A DNA stretch of 64,000 bases from an uncultured Actinomycetes bacterium (lineage in GTDB: Bacteria; Actinomycetota; UBA4738; JBBDTT01), in assembly GCA_963742735.1 (NCBI GenBank), contig CAVUMN010000004.1, positions 640,001 to 704,000 of the forward strand. Reading direction: 5' to 3'. Positions 47,352 through 57,501 of the stretch are shown here, one piece after another (positions within the stretch are counted from its first letter, which is position 1; each line of letters starts with the position of its first letter). Position numbers and translations under genes: made by a program. Under the pieces are notes generated by a model. It worked only from the letters and a program-made list of their open reading frames with translations, was not told the origin of the DNA and did no database searches.

Positions 47352-48862
47352 CGGCGTTCCACCTTCCCCAGCTCCTCCACCAGGCGGGTGAACTCCTCCT
47401 CGAACTGATCTCGGCGCTGCAGGGCGAAGCCGCCGACCTTCAGCACCGTCCCCCCCTCGCCGGGCTCCGCCCGAACCCACAGCTTGCGCCGGGAGTCGTA
47501 CAGGGCGGGCAGCAGGCCGGCGAAGATGAGGATGGCCGCGGCCAGGATAATCCCGAGCCCTCGATCGCGGCTCACCTGGAGCACCGTGTACTCCCCGAGG
47601 TCGGGGAACGCGAGCGTGAGCCCCCCGATCTCCTCGGTCTCGCCCTCGCCCACCAGCCCGTCGGCGAACGGCTCCATCCCCGTGGTGTCGAGCGTGGTCA
47701 GGGTCTGCGACGCCGTGGTCGGCAGGTCGCCGCGGTACGCCGTGTACGTGATGAACGGGTCCCGGGCGATGAGCATGGGGAGGGCCTGGCCCGTCTGCAG
47801 GCCCCGGGCGAAGGCGCGGGAATCCGGGAACAGCCTGAGCTCCAGCGCCACCTGGGGCCGGAGCGAGGGCAGCCGCAGGACGCCCCGCCACGGCAGCGTG
47901 GCGGGGTTCGCGCCCTCCCGGGCCGGCGACGACACGAACACCAGCGGCGCCGACGCCAGGAGGCGGTCGCCGTCGCGGATCTCGATCACCGGCGCCCACC
48001 CGTAGCCGGCCTGAAAGATCTTCACGCCGAGCGCGCTCGCGGGGTGGTTCACGCGGATGTCCACCGGGCCGATCGGGTTCCCGTCCGGTGCCAGGAGGTC
48101 CGCTCGCGTGACGAACTCGCGGGGGGAGCCGTCGGCGCGGTAGTCGACCTCGAAGTCGCGGACCTGCACCTGGAGCCCCGAGTGGTCCTCGCGGAAGAAG
48201 CGGCCCTCGCGGGCCGACCCGTCGTATCCGGCGTGGACCTCGGCCCACGTCTCGCCCTCGGCGATCACCGCGGTCCCCGTGAATCCCGTCCCCTTGCCCC
48301 AGATCACTCCGATCAGCAGGAGGAAGAACGACCAGTGGAATACCAGGCTGCCGGCCTCACGGAACACGCCCTTTTCGGCGGCGATCGTCCCTCCCCCCCG
48401 GTCCGGTCCGCGGACGCGGAATCTCCTCCGGCGGAGGATGCGCCGGGCGCGGGTGAGAGCGGGGCCCGGCTCCTCGGATACCGTCCGCTCCGCGTAGTGG
48501 CGGAAGCCGTCGAGCTCGCGGACCAGCTCGGGCCGGGCGAACAGGTTGCGGACCAGGGCCCGGGTTCGCGGGAACAGGCACGCCGCCAGCGAGATCAGCA
48601 GCAGCGTGTAGATCAGGGTGAACCACCACGACCCGAACACGTCCAGGAGCCCCAGCTTCCGGAACAGCTCGGCCCGGAACGGATGGTCGCGGACGAGCTG
48701 CGCGATCTTCCCGTCGCCCAGCCCCACCTGGGGGACCAGCGACCCGGCGACCGCGGCCAGGGCCAGCAGCAGCAGGAGGATCAGCGCGGTGCGCATCGAC
48801 CGCAGCGTTCTCCACGCCAGGGCCAGCGACGCGCGCAGGCGGTTCCCGGGTCCGGCGGGCAT
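47348..48862 (-). CDS. resB: Cytochrome c biogenesis protein ResB
   Basis: LRSMRTAL.LL.LLA, GSLVPQ, DVF.SWWF, AEKG..RE.G.L.FH and IRVNHP. Confidence 0.9.
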   Translation of the reverse strand: MPAGPGNRLRASLALAWRTLRSMRTALILLLLLALAAVAGSLVPQVGLGDGKIAQLVRDHPFRAELFRKLGLLDVFGSWWFTLIYTLLLISLAACLFPRTRALVRNLFARPELVRELDGFRHYAERTVSEEPGPALTRARRILRRRRFRVRGPDRGGGTIAAEKGVFREAGSLVFHWSFFLLLIGVIWGKGTGFTGTAVIAEGETWAEVHAGYDGSAREGRFFREDHSGLQVQVRDFEVDYRADGSPREFVTRADLLAPDGNPIGPVDIRVNHPASALGVKIFQAGYGWAPVIEIRDGDRLLASAPLVFVSSPAREGANPATLPWRGVLRLPSLRPQVALELRLFPDSRAFARGLQTGQALPMLIARDPFITYTAYRGDLPTTASQTLTTLDTTGMEPFADGLVGEGETEEIGGLTLAFPDLGEYTVLQVSRDRGLGIILAAAILIFAGLLPALYDSRRKLWVRAEPGEGGTVLKVGGFALQRRDQFEEEFTRLVEELGKVERR

Positions 48863-48869
48863 CCGCGCG

Positions 48870-49781
48870 CTAGGCGCCGGCGCGCGCGACGGTGTCCACC
48901 GCGACGGCCGCGAACAGCAGCCCGAGGTACCAGATCGAGTGCCGGAACATGGCCATAGCCATGGCGGGCCGGCCGTCGGAGCGGTGCAGGCGAACCGCGT
49001 CGGCGACGAACCAGGCGCCGAGCAGCCCCGCGGCCACGGCATAGCCGGGCCCGACGTCGCTCACCGGGATCAGTGCGATCGAAGCGGCCGCGGTCAGCAC
49101 GGCGTAGACGAGGCTCTGCCGCGTGGTCTCCGCGACGCCGGCCACGACCGGGAGCATCGGCACGCCGGCGGCCTCGTAGTCCTTGGAGTAGCGCAGCGAG
49201 AGTGCCCAGAAATGCGGAGGCGTCCACAGGAACACGACCAGGAACAGGATCACCGCCGGCAGGTCGACGCGTCCGGTCACCGCCGCCCACCCGACCAGGG
49301 CCGGAGCCGCGCCGGCCGCCCCGCCGATGACGATGTTCTGCGGGGTTCGCCGCTTCAGCCACAGCGTGTACACCAGGACGTAGAAGAGCAGGGCGCCGAG
49401 CGAGAGGGCGGCAGCGGGCAGGTTGACGGTGGCGGCCAGCCACGCGAACGACGCCACCCCGAGGATCACCCCGAACGCGAACGCGCTGGCCGGGGTCACC
49501 CGGTGGTTCGGGAGCGGGCGCCGGCGGGTCCGGGCCATGACCTCGTCGATGTCGCGGTCGAAGTACTGGTTGAGGGCGTTGGCCCCGCCGGCCGCGACCG
49601 TACCCCCGAAAAGGGTTGCGAGGATCAGCCAGCCCGACGGCATCCCGCCCTCGGCCAGGACCATGGCCGGAACGGTGGTGACCAGCAGCAGCAGGATGAT
49701 CCGCGGCTTGGTGAGCTCGACGTAGGCGCGGACGACCTCGGTCACCGACCGCCGCAGCGCGACGTTCGCGGCCACGCTCAT
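48870..49781 (-). CDS. ctaB: Protoheme IX farnesyltransferase (heme O synthase)
   Basis: LTKPRII.LL, N..FDRDID..M.RT..RP, LKRRTPQNIVIGG and WTPPHFWAL. Confidence 0.95.
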   Translation of the reverse strand: MSVAANVALRRSVTEVVRAYVELTKPRIILLLLVTTVPAMVLAEGGMPSGWLILATLFGGTVAAGGANALNQYFDRDIDEVMARTRRRPLPNHRVTPASAFAFGVILGVASFAWLAATVNLPAAALSLGALLFYVLVYTLWLKRRTPQNIVIGGAAGAAPALVGWAAVTGRVDLPAVILFLVVFLWTPPHFWALSLRYSKDYEAAGVPMLPVVAGVAETTRQSLVYAVLTAAASIALIPVSDVGPGYAVAAGLLGAWFVADAVRLHRSDGRPAMAMAMFRHSIWYLGLLFAAVAVDTVARAGA

Positions 49782-50737
49782 GCCGGCTCCTCACGCGTCG
49801 TCCGCGAGGCGGCGGCGGTACCGACCAGCGCGGCCCACACCAGCGAGGCGAGCACGACGTGGGCCATCGCCGCGGGGATCGCCAGTCCCGACCAAACATT
49901 CGCGGCCCCGACAACGATCTGGACCGCCAGCGCGGCCGCCGCGACCGCGGCGAGGGCGTAGGCGGCCGGACGCTGCCCCCGGGCTCGGGCCGCGGAGACC
50001 GCCACCCACGCGACGAGAGGCACAGCCGCCGCCGCGAGCAGACGGTGAACGAACTGGGAGACACGGTCGGTCGAGTACACGTCGGGCAAGACGCGCCCGT
50101 CCATCAACGGCCAGTCGGGGAACGCCAGGCCCGCCCCGCGGCCACGCACGTACGCCCCCGCGAGGACGACCAGGAGGACGGCGCCGGCGGCGAACCACGC
50201 CCGCCGGGCCAGCCCGTCCACCGCTGGGGCCCCGCCCGGGGACCAGACGAGGACGGTGAGATACACGAGCGTCCCGACCAGGGCCATCGCGGTGGCCAGG
50301 TGGAAGGTGACCAGCACCGGGCTGAGCCCGTGCTTCACGACCAGGGCGCCCAGGGCGGCCTGTACGAACAGCAGGCCGAACGCGACCGTGGCGGGCACAA
50401 CGATGTGCCGCTCACCGCGGTGGCGGCGCCTCGCGGTCCAGGCAAGGCCGCCGATCAGCACAGTCAGCACCGGCGTGGCCAGGCGGTGGACGTACTCGAT
50501 GAGCACGTTCGCGTCGAGCTCGGGGATGATCCGGCCGTTGCAGACGGGCCAGTGATCGCCGCAAGCGTCGCCCGAGCCCGTGGTCCGGACGAGCGCGCCG
50601 AGGGCGATGGTCACCAGCGCGGCGATGGTCGCGGCGAGGGAAAGCCGGCGGAGGGCCCGGCCCGGGCGCGGGACGTCGCCCGCCTCCGGAGGGCGCGTTT
50701 GGTAGCGTGCCGAGAGGAGCGACTCCCTTCGAGACAT
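49778..50737 (-). CDS. ctaA: Heme A synthase (COX15/CtaA family)
   Basis: LGALVR.TGSG.AC..HWP.C.G, IEYVHR, H and HR motifs in the second half. Start uncertain (50737 or about 50674). Confidence 0.88.
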   Translation of the reverse strand: MSRRESLLSARYQTRPPEAGDVPRPGRALRRLSLAATIAALVTIALGALVRTTGSGDACGDHWPVCNGRIIPELDANVLIEYVHRLATPVLTVLIGGLAWTARRRHRGERHIVVPATVAFGLLFVQAALGALVVKHGLSPVLVTFHLATAMALVGTLVYLTVLVWSPGGAPAVDGLARRAWFAAGAVLLVVLAGAYVRGRGAGLAFPDWPLMDGRVLPDVYSTDRVSQFVHRLLAAAAVPLVAWVAVSAARARGQRPAAYALAAVAAAALAVQIVVGAANVWSGLAIPAAMAHVVLASLVWAALVGTAAASRTTREEPA

Positions 50738-51608
50738 GCGTTCTCCAGTATCGCTCGCGCGCCTCGTCTCCGTCTGCCTCGCCGTCGCGCTGACGGCGTG
50801 CGGCGCGACGAACGGCCGTCCCGTCCCCGGCCCGACACCCAGCGTCGGGCCGGTGGCAGTCGTGCTCTCCGGCGACCTCGCCGTGGGCCAGAACCGGTTC
50901 CTGTTCACGCTCGTGGATGCGCGAAGCCAGCGCAACGTCGCCGTCCCGGAGACGCGGGTGAGCGTGGAGTTCTTCGACCTGGCGTCGTCGCACACGTCCC
51001 CGGTCGCCCGCGGCGACGGAGTCTTCGTCTGGGCCGACCCCGACCGAGAGGGCGTGTTCGTGGTCCCGGTCGTCCTCGGCGCGGCGGGAGCGTGGGAGGC
51101 CGTGGTCCGGCCGGAGGGGGCGCCCGCGTCCCGGGTGGGGTTCGAGGTTCGGGACGAGCCGTCCACCCCCAGGATCGGCTCGAAGGCGCCGGCGTCGCCC
51201 ACCCGCACACTCGCCGACGTCGGGGGGCGGGTCGGGGAGATCACCTCGGACCCCCGGCCGAATCGGCGCTTCTACCAGCGCTCGATCTCCCAGGCGATCA
51301 GCATGGCGATCCCTTTCGTCGTGGTGTTCGGGAGCCCGGGGCACTGCTCGGGGACCGGATGCGCGCACATGCTGACCGTGGCCAAGCGGGTGGCCGCGAC
51401 CACCAGTGAGCTGACGTTCATCCACGTCGAGGTGTACCGGGATCCCCAGGCCCCGACGCCGCAGTCGGTGCACCCGGCGGTGGGGGAGTGGGGCTTGCCC
51501 AGCGAGCCGTGGCTGTTCGTCGTCAACGCCCGCGGAAGCGTCGTGGCGAAGTTCGAGCGCGTGGTCTCCCAGGAGGAGCTCAGTGGGGTGATCGCCTCCC
51601 TGTACTGA
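50736..51608 (+). CDS. Lipoprotein with C-terminal thioredoxin-like domain (CxxxxC)
   Basis: Lipobox LTAC; LAVGQNRF; PFVVVFGSPGHCSGTGC; FIHVEVY; WGLPSEPWLFVV. Confidence 0.78.
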   Translation: MRSPVSLARLVSVCLAVALTACGATNGRPVPGPTPSVGPVAVVLSGDLAVGQNRFLFTLVDARSQRNVAVPETRVSVEFFDLASSHTSPVARGDGVFVWADPDREGVFVVPVVLGAAGAWEAVVRPEGAPASRVGFEVRDEPSTPRIGSKAPASPTRTLADVGGRVGEITSDPRPNRRFYQRSISQAISMAIPFVVVFGSPGHCSGTGCAHMLTVAKRVAATTSELTFIHVEVYRDPQAPTPQSVHPAVGEWGLPSEPWLFVVNARGSVVAKFERVVSQEELSGVIASLY

Positions 51609-51634
51609 CGCCGAGTGCGAGGTAGCGTTCGTGC

Positions 51635-52705
51635 GTGCGTTCTCCGTTCCTGATCCCACGATTCGACGACGCCACCGTCGAGCTCCAGGCCCGCGTGGAC
51701 GAGGTCCTCGAGATGGCCGTCGACGGCCTCGCCACACGGCTCGAGCCCGACGCACGCGGAGCGCTCCCGCTCGTGGCGGCCTTGCGCGAGGCGGTCCTGT
51801 CCGGAGGCAAGCGGTTCCGGCCGATCCTGTGCGTGTGGGGGTACCGGGCCGGTGGCGGCGAGGACGAGGCCGCGATCGCGCGGGCGGCGGCCGCTCTGGA
51901 GCTCGTCCACGTCTTCGCGATCGTGCAGGACGACCTGATGGACGACGCGCTCATCCGCCGCGGGCGGCCTGCCCTCCACGTGCGGCTGGCCGAGATCCCC
52001 GGGGAGGAGAGCCAGGGCGCCGCCCTGGCGCTCCTCGTGGCGGACCTGGCCATGTTCCTGGCCGACGAGCTGCTGGCGGGCGCCGCGTTCCCGGCCGAGC
52101 GGATCCTGCAGGCTTTCGCGCCGTTCAACCGGATGCGCGTCGACGCCGTCGCCGGGCAGTACCTGGACCTGATCGGCAGCGACGACCTGGCCGACCACGA
52201 CGAGGCGGAGGCGGCCAAGATCGGCGCGCTGAAGACCGGGGGCTACACGGTCGAGGGCCCGCTGTCCGTCGGCGCGGCGCTCGCCGGCGCGGACCCGGCG
52301 GTCTCGGACGCGCTCTCGCGCTACGGCCGGGCGGTGGGACGGGCCTTCCAGATCCGCGACGACGTTCTGGGCGCCTTCGGCGACGAGGGCGACACCGGGA
52401 AGGACGCCGGGGCCGACCTGCGCCGCCGCAAGCCGACGGTGCTGCTCGCGAAGGCGCTGCGCGCGGCGTCGGAGGCGGAGCGCCGGTTCTTCGAGGCCCG
52501 CCTGGGCCGGCCCGACCTGACCGAGGGCGAGCTCGAGCAGGTGCGACAGGTGATCATCTCGAGCGGGGCGCTCGAGGAGACGCTGCTGCTGATCCGCTCG
52601 CTGCTTCGCGAGGCGAAGGGTGCGGTCGACGTCCTGGCCATCCCCTCGCCCGCCCGCGACGGCCTCCGCGCGCTCGCCGACCTGCTGGCGCTGAATCCCG
52701 CCTAG
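51635..52705 (+). CDS. Polyprenyl diphosphate synthase (GGPP synthase-like)
   Basis: GGKRFRP, DDLMD...RRG.P (FARM), GQYLD, KT..Y and FQIRDD (SARM). Confidence 0.92.
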   Translation: MRSPFLIPRFDDATVELQARVDEVLEMAVDGLATRLEPDARGALPLVAALREAVLSGGKRFRPILCVWGYRAGGGEDEAAIARAAAALELVHVFAIVQDDLMDDALIRRGRPALHVRLAEIPGEESQGAALALLVADLAMFLADELLAGAAFPAERILQAFAPFNRMRVDAVAGQYLDLIGSDDLADHDEAEAAKIGALKTGGYTVEGPLSVGAALAGADPAVSDALSRYGRAVGRAFQIRDDVLGAFGDEGDTGKDAGADLRRRKPTVLLAKALRAASEAERRFFEARLGRPDLTEGELEQVRQVIISSGALEETLLLIRSLLREAKGAVDVLAIPSPARDGLRALADLLALNPA

Positions 52706-52712
52706 CCGCGGA

Positions 52713-53654
52713 TCAGGCCGTGGCCTTGATCCCGCTCCGGCGGTCGATCTGCTCGCGGACGAAGGGGTCGGCGAGCCACGCACGTGTCGCCTCCAGCCAG
52801 CGCCCCGGCGCCTCGAGCTGCGGGACGTGGCCGACCCCGCGGACGATGCGAAGCGTCCAGTCGGGCCTCCGGCGGATGAGCTCCTGCGCCGAGCGGACCG
52901 GGACCAGCCGGTCGGCCGCGCCGTGGATCACCAGGGTCGGCGCCTGGACCGCCTCCACCATCTGCCAGGTCCGCTTCGGGGCCAGGGTTGAACGCACGAG
53001 CGTGCGCGCGGCGCGGAGGAACGCGTGCACCGCGTAGCCCATCTCGGCTCGCTCCTTCGCCAGCTCGATGTGGGCGTCCAGCACCGCGGGGTCGATCCGC
53101 GAGGGATCGACCGTGCACAGCTTCATGGTCTCGCGTACGAGCCCCTCGGGGCCGGCGCGGCGGGCGCGCCGCCGGGCCACCAGCTCGCCCAGTCCGGGCA
53201 CCACGTTCGCCGCGAACAGGGCCACGACGAGGGGATCGATGCGCGACCCCGGGGCTCGGGGGACCGCGGGGTCCGTCAGGATCAGCCCGGCCACCGACGA
53301 TCCGCCGATCGCGCCCTCCATGATCGAGATCCATCCGCCCATGGAGTTCCCGACGACGACCGCGGGACGGCCCACGACCTCCTCGATGAAGCGGTGCACC
53401 AGCTCGCGGTTCGCGTGGGGGGTCGCCGAGCGTGCGTCCAGCGGGGTGCGGCCGAACCCGGCGAGGTCGAGGGCGTGGACGGCGCCGTGCTCGGCCAGGC
53501 CGGGCGCGATCGGCAGCCAGTTCAGGAGCGATCCGCCCAGGCCGTGAACCAGGACGAAGACCGGCCCGTCCGCGGGACCATCCCAGAGGACGTGATGCAC
53601 GGGGCCGTTCAGGTCGGCCCACTGCGAGGGCGGCACGAGCTTCCTGCGGACCAT
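52713..53654 (-). CDS. Alpha/beta hydrolase
   Basis: VLVHGLGGS, DLAGFG, GNSMGG, HG..DRLV and GHVPQLE.P. Confidence 0.92.
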   Translation of the reverse strand: MVRRKLVPPSQWADLNGPVHHVLWDGPADGPVFVLVHGLGGSLLNWLPIAPGLAEHGAVHALDLAGFGRTPLDARSATPHANRELVHRFIEEVVGRPAVVVGNSMGGWISIMEGAIGGSSVAGLILTDPAVPRAPGSRIDPLVVALFAANVVPGLGELVARRRARRAGPEGLVRETMKLCTVDPSRIDPAVLDAHIELAKERAEMGYAVHAFLRAARTLVRSTLAPKRTWQMVEAVQAPTLVIHGAADRLVPVRSAQELIRRRPDWTLRIVRGVGHVPQLEAPGRWLEATRAWLADPFVREQIDRRSGIKATA

Positions 53655-53710
53655 GTCAGCCGAAGCGTACCGGGTCGGGGGCAGAATCCGGCGCGAGTAC
53701 ACTGGCTCGA

Positions 53711-54676
53711 ATGACCCCCGAAGCGGCCCGCGTGGGCGTCGTGATGGCCATCGGCGGCGCCGAGGACAAGCTTCGTGATCGCGCGATCCTCGAGCGCTTC
53801 GTGCAGCTCGCCGGCGGGACCAGGGCGCGGATCGCGATCATCAGCACGGCGTCGTCGCTCGGCGACGAGGCGACGGAGCTCTACTCCGCCCTGTTCGCCC
53901 GCGAGGGCGCGGCCGAGAGCTTCGGGTTGCGCCCCACAACGCGCGAGGAGGCCAACGACCTCGGGCTCGCCGAGCTGATCGGCGTCGCCACCGGCATCTT
54001 CATGACGGGCGGCAACCAGCTGCGGCTGGCCAGCATCGTGGGCGGGACGATCCTCGGCCAGGCCCTGCTCGACGCGCACACCCGCGGCGCGGTGATCGCC
54101 GGGACCTCCGCGGGGGCGAGCGCGATGTCCTCGCACATGATCGCCTTCGGCCGCGCCGGCGCCAGCCCGAAGCACCGGATGGTCCAGCTGGCTTCCGGCT
54201 TCGGCGTCCTGCCGGGCGTGGTCATCGACCAGCACTTCGAGCAGCGCAACCGCCTGGGCCGGCTCCTGGCCGCGGTCGCGCAGTCGCCCGGCCTCATCGG
54301 GATCGGCATCGACGAGGACACCGCGATCGTGGTCGACGACGGCGTGCTCGAGGTGATCGGCAAGGGCGCGGCGACGATCGTCGACGGGTCCCACGTCGTC
54401 ACGGACGCGTTCGTGACGAAGGGCCATCGGCCGATGATGGTCTCCGGGGCGAAGCTGCATTCGCTTCCCTCTGGGTGGCGCTACGACCTCCGGTCCCGGA
54501 CCCTCGTGCACGAGGACGGGACCCTCGAGCCCCGCGAGGCGGCGCGGCTGACGCTGGCCGGCGAGCGAGCCCGGAAGCTGGCGCGCCGGATCGCCGCGGA
54601 GGGAGCCGACGACCGGGCCCCCGAGCGCGCGGAGAAGCGCCGGGAACGGGAGCGCCGCCGGGAGGCCTCGGAGTGA
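53711..54676 (+). CDS. cphB: Cyanophycinase
   Basis: IGGAEDK, TGGNQ.RL, GTSAGA (catalytic Ser), IDQHF.QRNRLGRL and GIDEDT; coupled to cphA. Confidence 0.94.
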   Translation: MTPEAARVGVVMAIGGAEDKLRDRAILERFVQLAGGTRARIAIISTASSLGDEATELYSALFAREGAAESFGLRPTTREEANDLGLAELIGVATGIFMTGGNQLRLASIVGGTILGQALLDAHTRGAVIAGTSAGASAMSSHMIAFGRAGASPKHRMVQLASGFGVLPGVVIDQHFEQRNRLGRLLAAVAQSPGLIGIGIDEDTAIVVDDGVLEVIGKGAATIVDGSHVVTDAFVTKGHRPMMVSGAKLHSLPSGWRYDLRSRTLVHEDGTLEPREAARLTLAGERARKLARRIAAEGADDRAPERAEKRRERERRREASE

Positions 54677-57501
54677 GCGCGGTCCGCAAGGAGGACGTCC
54701 CCGCCCCCAAGAAGCCGGCGAAGAAGCGGGCGCCGAAGCCCACGCCGGGGCCGAAGGTGGCGAAGCTCCAGCCCGACCTGACGATCCTCGAGTCGCGCGT
54801 GTACCGAGGCCCCAACTACTGGTCGTACGAGCCGTGCATCCGCCTGCTGGTGGACCTCGGCTCGCTCGAGGAGTGGCCCTCGAACACGATCGCCGGGTTC
54901 ACCGAGCAGCTCCTGGACCTGTTGCCCGGCCTCCAGGACCACGCGTGCTCGCTCGGCCGGCGGGGAGGCTTCGTCAAGCGGCTCCGGGACGGGACGTGGG
55001 CGGGCCACGTCGCCGAGCACGTGGCCCTGGAGCTCCAGCGCGAGACCGGGACGGAGATCCGCCGAGGAAAGACGCGCGGCGCCGACGCCACCGGCCAGTA
55101 CAACGTGATCTACGGCTACGCCGAGGAGACCGTCGGCCTGACCGCCGGCCGGCTCGCGGTGAAGCTCGTGAACCATCTCGTCGAGGCGGATCCCGGCTTC
55201 GACTTCGTCGCCGAGCTCGAGTCGCTGATCCTGCTCGCCGAGCGGGCCGCCTTCGGCCCGTCGACCCAGGCGCTGATCGACGAGGCCGTCTCCCGGGACA
55301 TCCCCTTCATCCGGCTGAACGAGGCCTCGCTGGTCCAGCTCGGGCAGGGCGTCCATCAGAAGCGGATCCGGGCCACGATGACCTCGGCCACGCCGGCGCT
55401 CGCCGTCGACATCGCGGGCGACAAGAAGCTGACCAACAAGCTTCTGGGTGCGGCCGGCGTCCCCGTTCCCAAGTCGCAGGTCGTCCGGGAGGAGGACGAG
55501 GCCGTCCGGGCGGCGCGCGGGATCGGGTTCCCGGTGGTGACCAAGCCGCTCGACGGCAACCACGGCCGGGGGGTCTCCATCGACCTGCGGACCGACGCCG
55601 CCGTCCGCAAGGGGTTCCGCCTGGCCCGCGAGCAGACCCGCGGCGGGCGCGTCGTCGTCGAGACGTACATCGCCGGCAACGACTACCGGGTCCTGGTGAT
55701 CGGCGGCGTCATGGCGGCGATCGCCGAGCGCGTGCCGGCCCACGTGACCGGCGACGGGACGCAGACGGTCGCCCAGCTCCTGGAGGAGACCAACGCCGAC
55801 CCCCGGCGGGGGATCGGTCACGAGAAGGTCCTCACCAAGATCAAGCTCGACGACGAGTCGGTCGCGCTGGTGAAGGGGCAGGGCTACGCGATGGACGACG
55901 TGCCCCCCAAGGGCGAGATGGTGAAGCTGAAGCTGACCGGCAACATGAGCACCGGCGGGATCTCCATCGACCGGACCATGGAGGCGCATCCCGACAACGT
56001 GGAGATCGCGGAGGAGGCCGCGCGCGTGACCGGGCTCGACGTGGCCGGGATCGACTTCATCACCCCGGATATCTCGACGCCGGTCCGCGAGACGGGCGGC
56101 GCGATCGTCGAGGTCAACGCCGCGCCGGGCTTCCGGATGCACACCAATCCCACCGAAGGCGAGCCGCAGTACGTGGCCAAGCCGGTGCTGGACCTCCTGT
56201 TCCCGGCCGGCGCCTCCTCGCGCATCCCGATCGTCGCGGTGACCGGATCGAACGGGAAGACGACGACGGTGCGGATGATCGCCCACATCTTTCGCGGCAT
56301 GGGCCGCAAGGTCGGGATGACCTCGACCGACGGCATCTACATCGACGAGCGCCTGGTGAAGAAGGCCGACGCCAGCGGCCCGAAGTCCGCGCAGATGGTC
56401 CTGCAGAACCCGCGGGTGGACTTCGCCGTGTTCGAGGTCGCCCGCGGCGGCATCCTTCGAGAGGGCCTCGGCTACGGCCGCAACGACGTCGCGGTCGTCC
56501 TGAACGTGACCGGGGACCACATGGGCCTCGGCGAGGTGAAGTCGATCCGCCAGCTGGCCGCCGTGAAACGGGTGATCGTGGAGGCCGTCCCGCGTGGAGG
56601 GACCGCGGTCCTCAACGCCGACGACCCCCACGTCGCGGAGATGCGCAAGCACTGCTCGGGCTCGATCGTGTTCTTCTCGATGGAGCCGAACAACGAGCTC
56701 GTCGAGCGCTACGTCCGCCGGGGGGGCCGGGCGGCGGTCCTGGGTGAGGGCGCCCACGGCGAGATGATCGTGATCCGCGACGGGCGGCGGACCATGCCGC
56801 TGGCCTACACCCACCTGCTTCCCGCGACGTTCGGCGGGCGGGCCCGGATGAACGTCCAGAACGCGCTCGCCGCCACCGCCGGCGCGTATGCGGCCGGCGC
56901 GCACCTGCACGACATCCGTCAGGGGCTGCGGACGTTCTCCACCAGCTACTACCAGGCGCCGGGGAGGCTGAACCTGTTCGAGCTGGATGGCGTGAAGGTC
57001 GTCGTGGACTACGCGCACAACCCCGCGGCGCTGCAGGCCGTCGGCCAGTTCGTCGACTCCATGACGTCGTCGCTGGGCGAGTGGCAGGCCGGTCTGCGGC
57101 TGGGGGTGATCGCCACGCCCGGCGACCGGCGCGATCAGGACGCCCGCGAGATCGGCAAGATCGCCGCCCGGTACTTCGACGAGATCATCGTGCGCGAGGA
57201 CCGCAACCTCCGGGGCCGCGAGCCCGGCGAGACGGCCGGCCTGATCGTCGAGGGGATCCGCCAGGAGATGAAGAAGGGCGCCCGCTGCGGGTCCGTCCAG
57301 GTGGTCCTCGAGGAGATGGAGGCCACCCGCACGGCGCTCGACCGGAGTCGTTCGGGCGATCTGGTGGTGCTCTGCATCGACTACGCGACCGACGTGTGGG
57401 CCGAGCTGCAGGACCGCCTCGAAAACGCGAAGGCCGGCGTGGGCGGCGTGCCGCCCGGGGCCGGGCGCGAAGGCGACCCCGACTTCGGCCGCCCCGTCTA
57501 G
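54673..57501 (+). CDS. cphA: Cyanophycin synthetase (CphA1)
   Basis: N domain (RGPNYWS, HACS..GGF, HVAEH), ATP-grasp (KPLDGNHGRG, DYRVLV, NMSTGG, EVNAAPGFRMH) and Mur domain (TGSNGKTT, EVARGG, DYAHN). Confidence 0.96.
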   Translation: MSAVRKEDVPAPKKPAKKRAPKPTPGPKVAKLQPDLTILESRVYRGPNYWSYEPCIRLLVDLGSLEEWPSNTIAGFTEQLLDLLPGLQDHACSLGRRGGFVKRLRDGTWAGHVAEHVALELQRETGTEIRRGKTRGADATGQYNVIYGYAEETVGLTAGRLAVKLVNHLVEADPGFDFVAELESLILLAERAAFGPSTQALIDEAVSRDIPFIRLNEASLVQLGQGVHQKRIRATMTSATPALAVDIAGDKKLTNKLLGAAGVPVPKSQVVREEDEAVRAARGIGFPVVTKPLDGNHGRGVSIDLRTDAAVRKGFRLAREQTRGGRVVVETYIAGNDYRVLVIGGVMAAIAERVPAHVTGDGTQTVAQLLEETNADPRRGIGHEKVLTKIKLDDESVALVKGQGYAMDDVPPKGEMVKLKLTGNMSTGGISIDRTMEAHPDNVEIAEEAARVTGLDVAGIDFITPDISTPVRETGGAIVEVNAAPGFRMHTNPTEGEPQYVAKPVLDLLFPAGASSRIPIVAVTGSNGKTTTVRMIAHIFRGMGRKVGMTSTDGIYIDERLVKKADASGPKSAQMVLQNPRVDFAVFEVARGGILREGLGYGRNDVAVVLNVTGDHMGLGEVKSIRQLAAVKRVIVEAVPRGGTAVLNADDPHVAEMRKHCSGSIVFFSMEPNNELVERYVRRGGRAAVLGEGAHGEMIVIRDGRRTMPLAYTHLLPATFGGRARMNVQNALAATAGAYAAGAHLHDIRQGLRTFSTSYYQAPGRLNLFELDGVKVVVDYAHNPAALQAVGQFVDSMTSSLGEWQAGLRLGVIATPGDRRDQDAREIGKIAARYFDEIIVREDRNLRGREPGETAGLIVEGIRQEMKKGARCGSVQVVLEEMEATRTALDRSRSGDLVVLCIDYATDVWAELQDRLENAKAGVGGVPPGAGREGDPDFGRPV

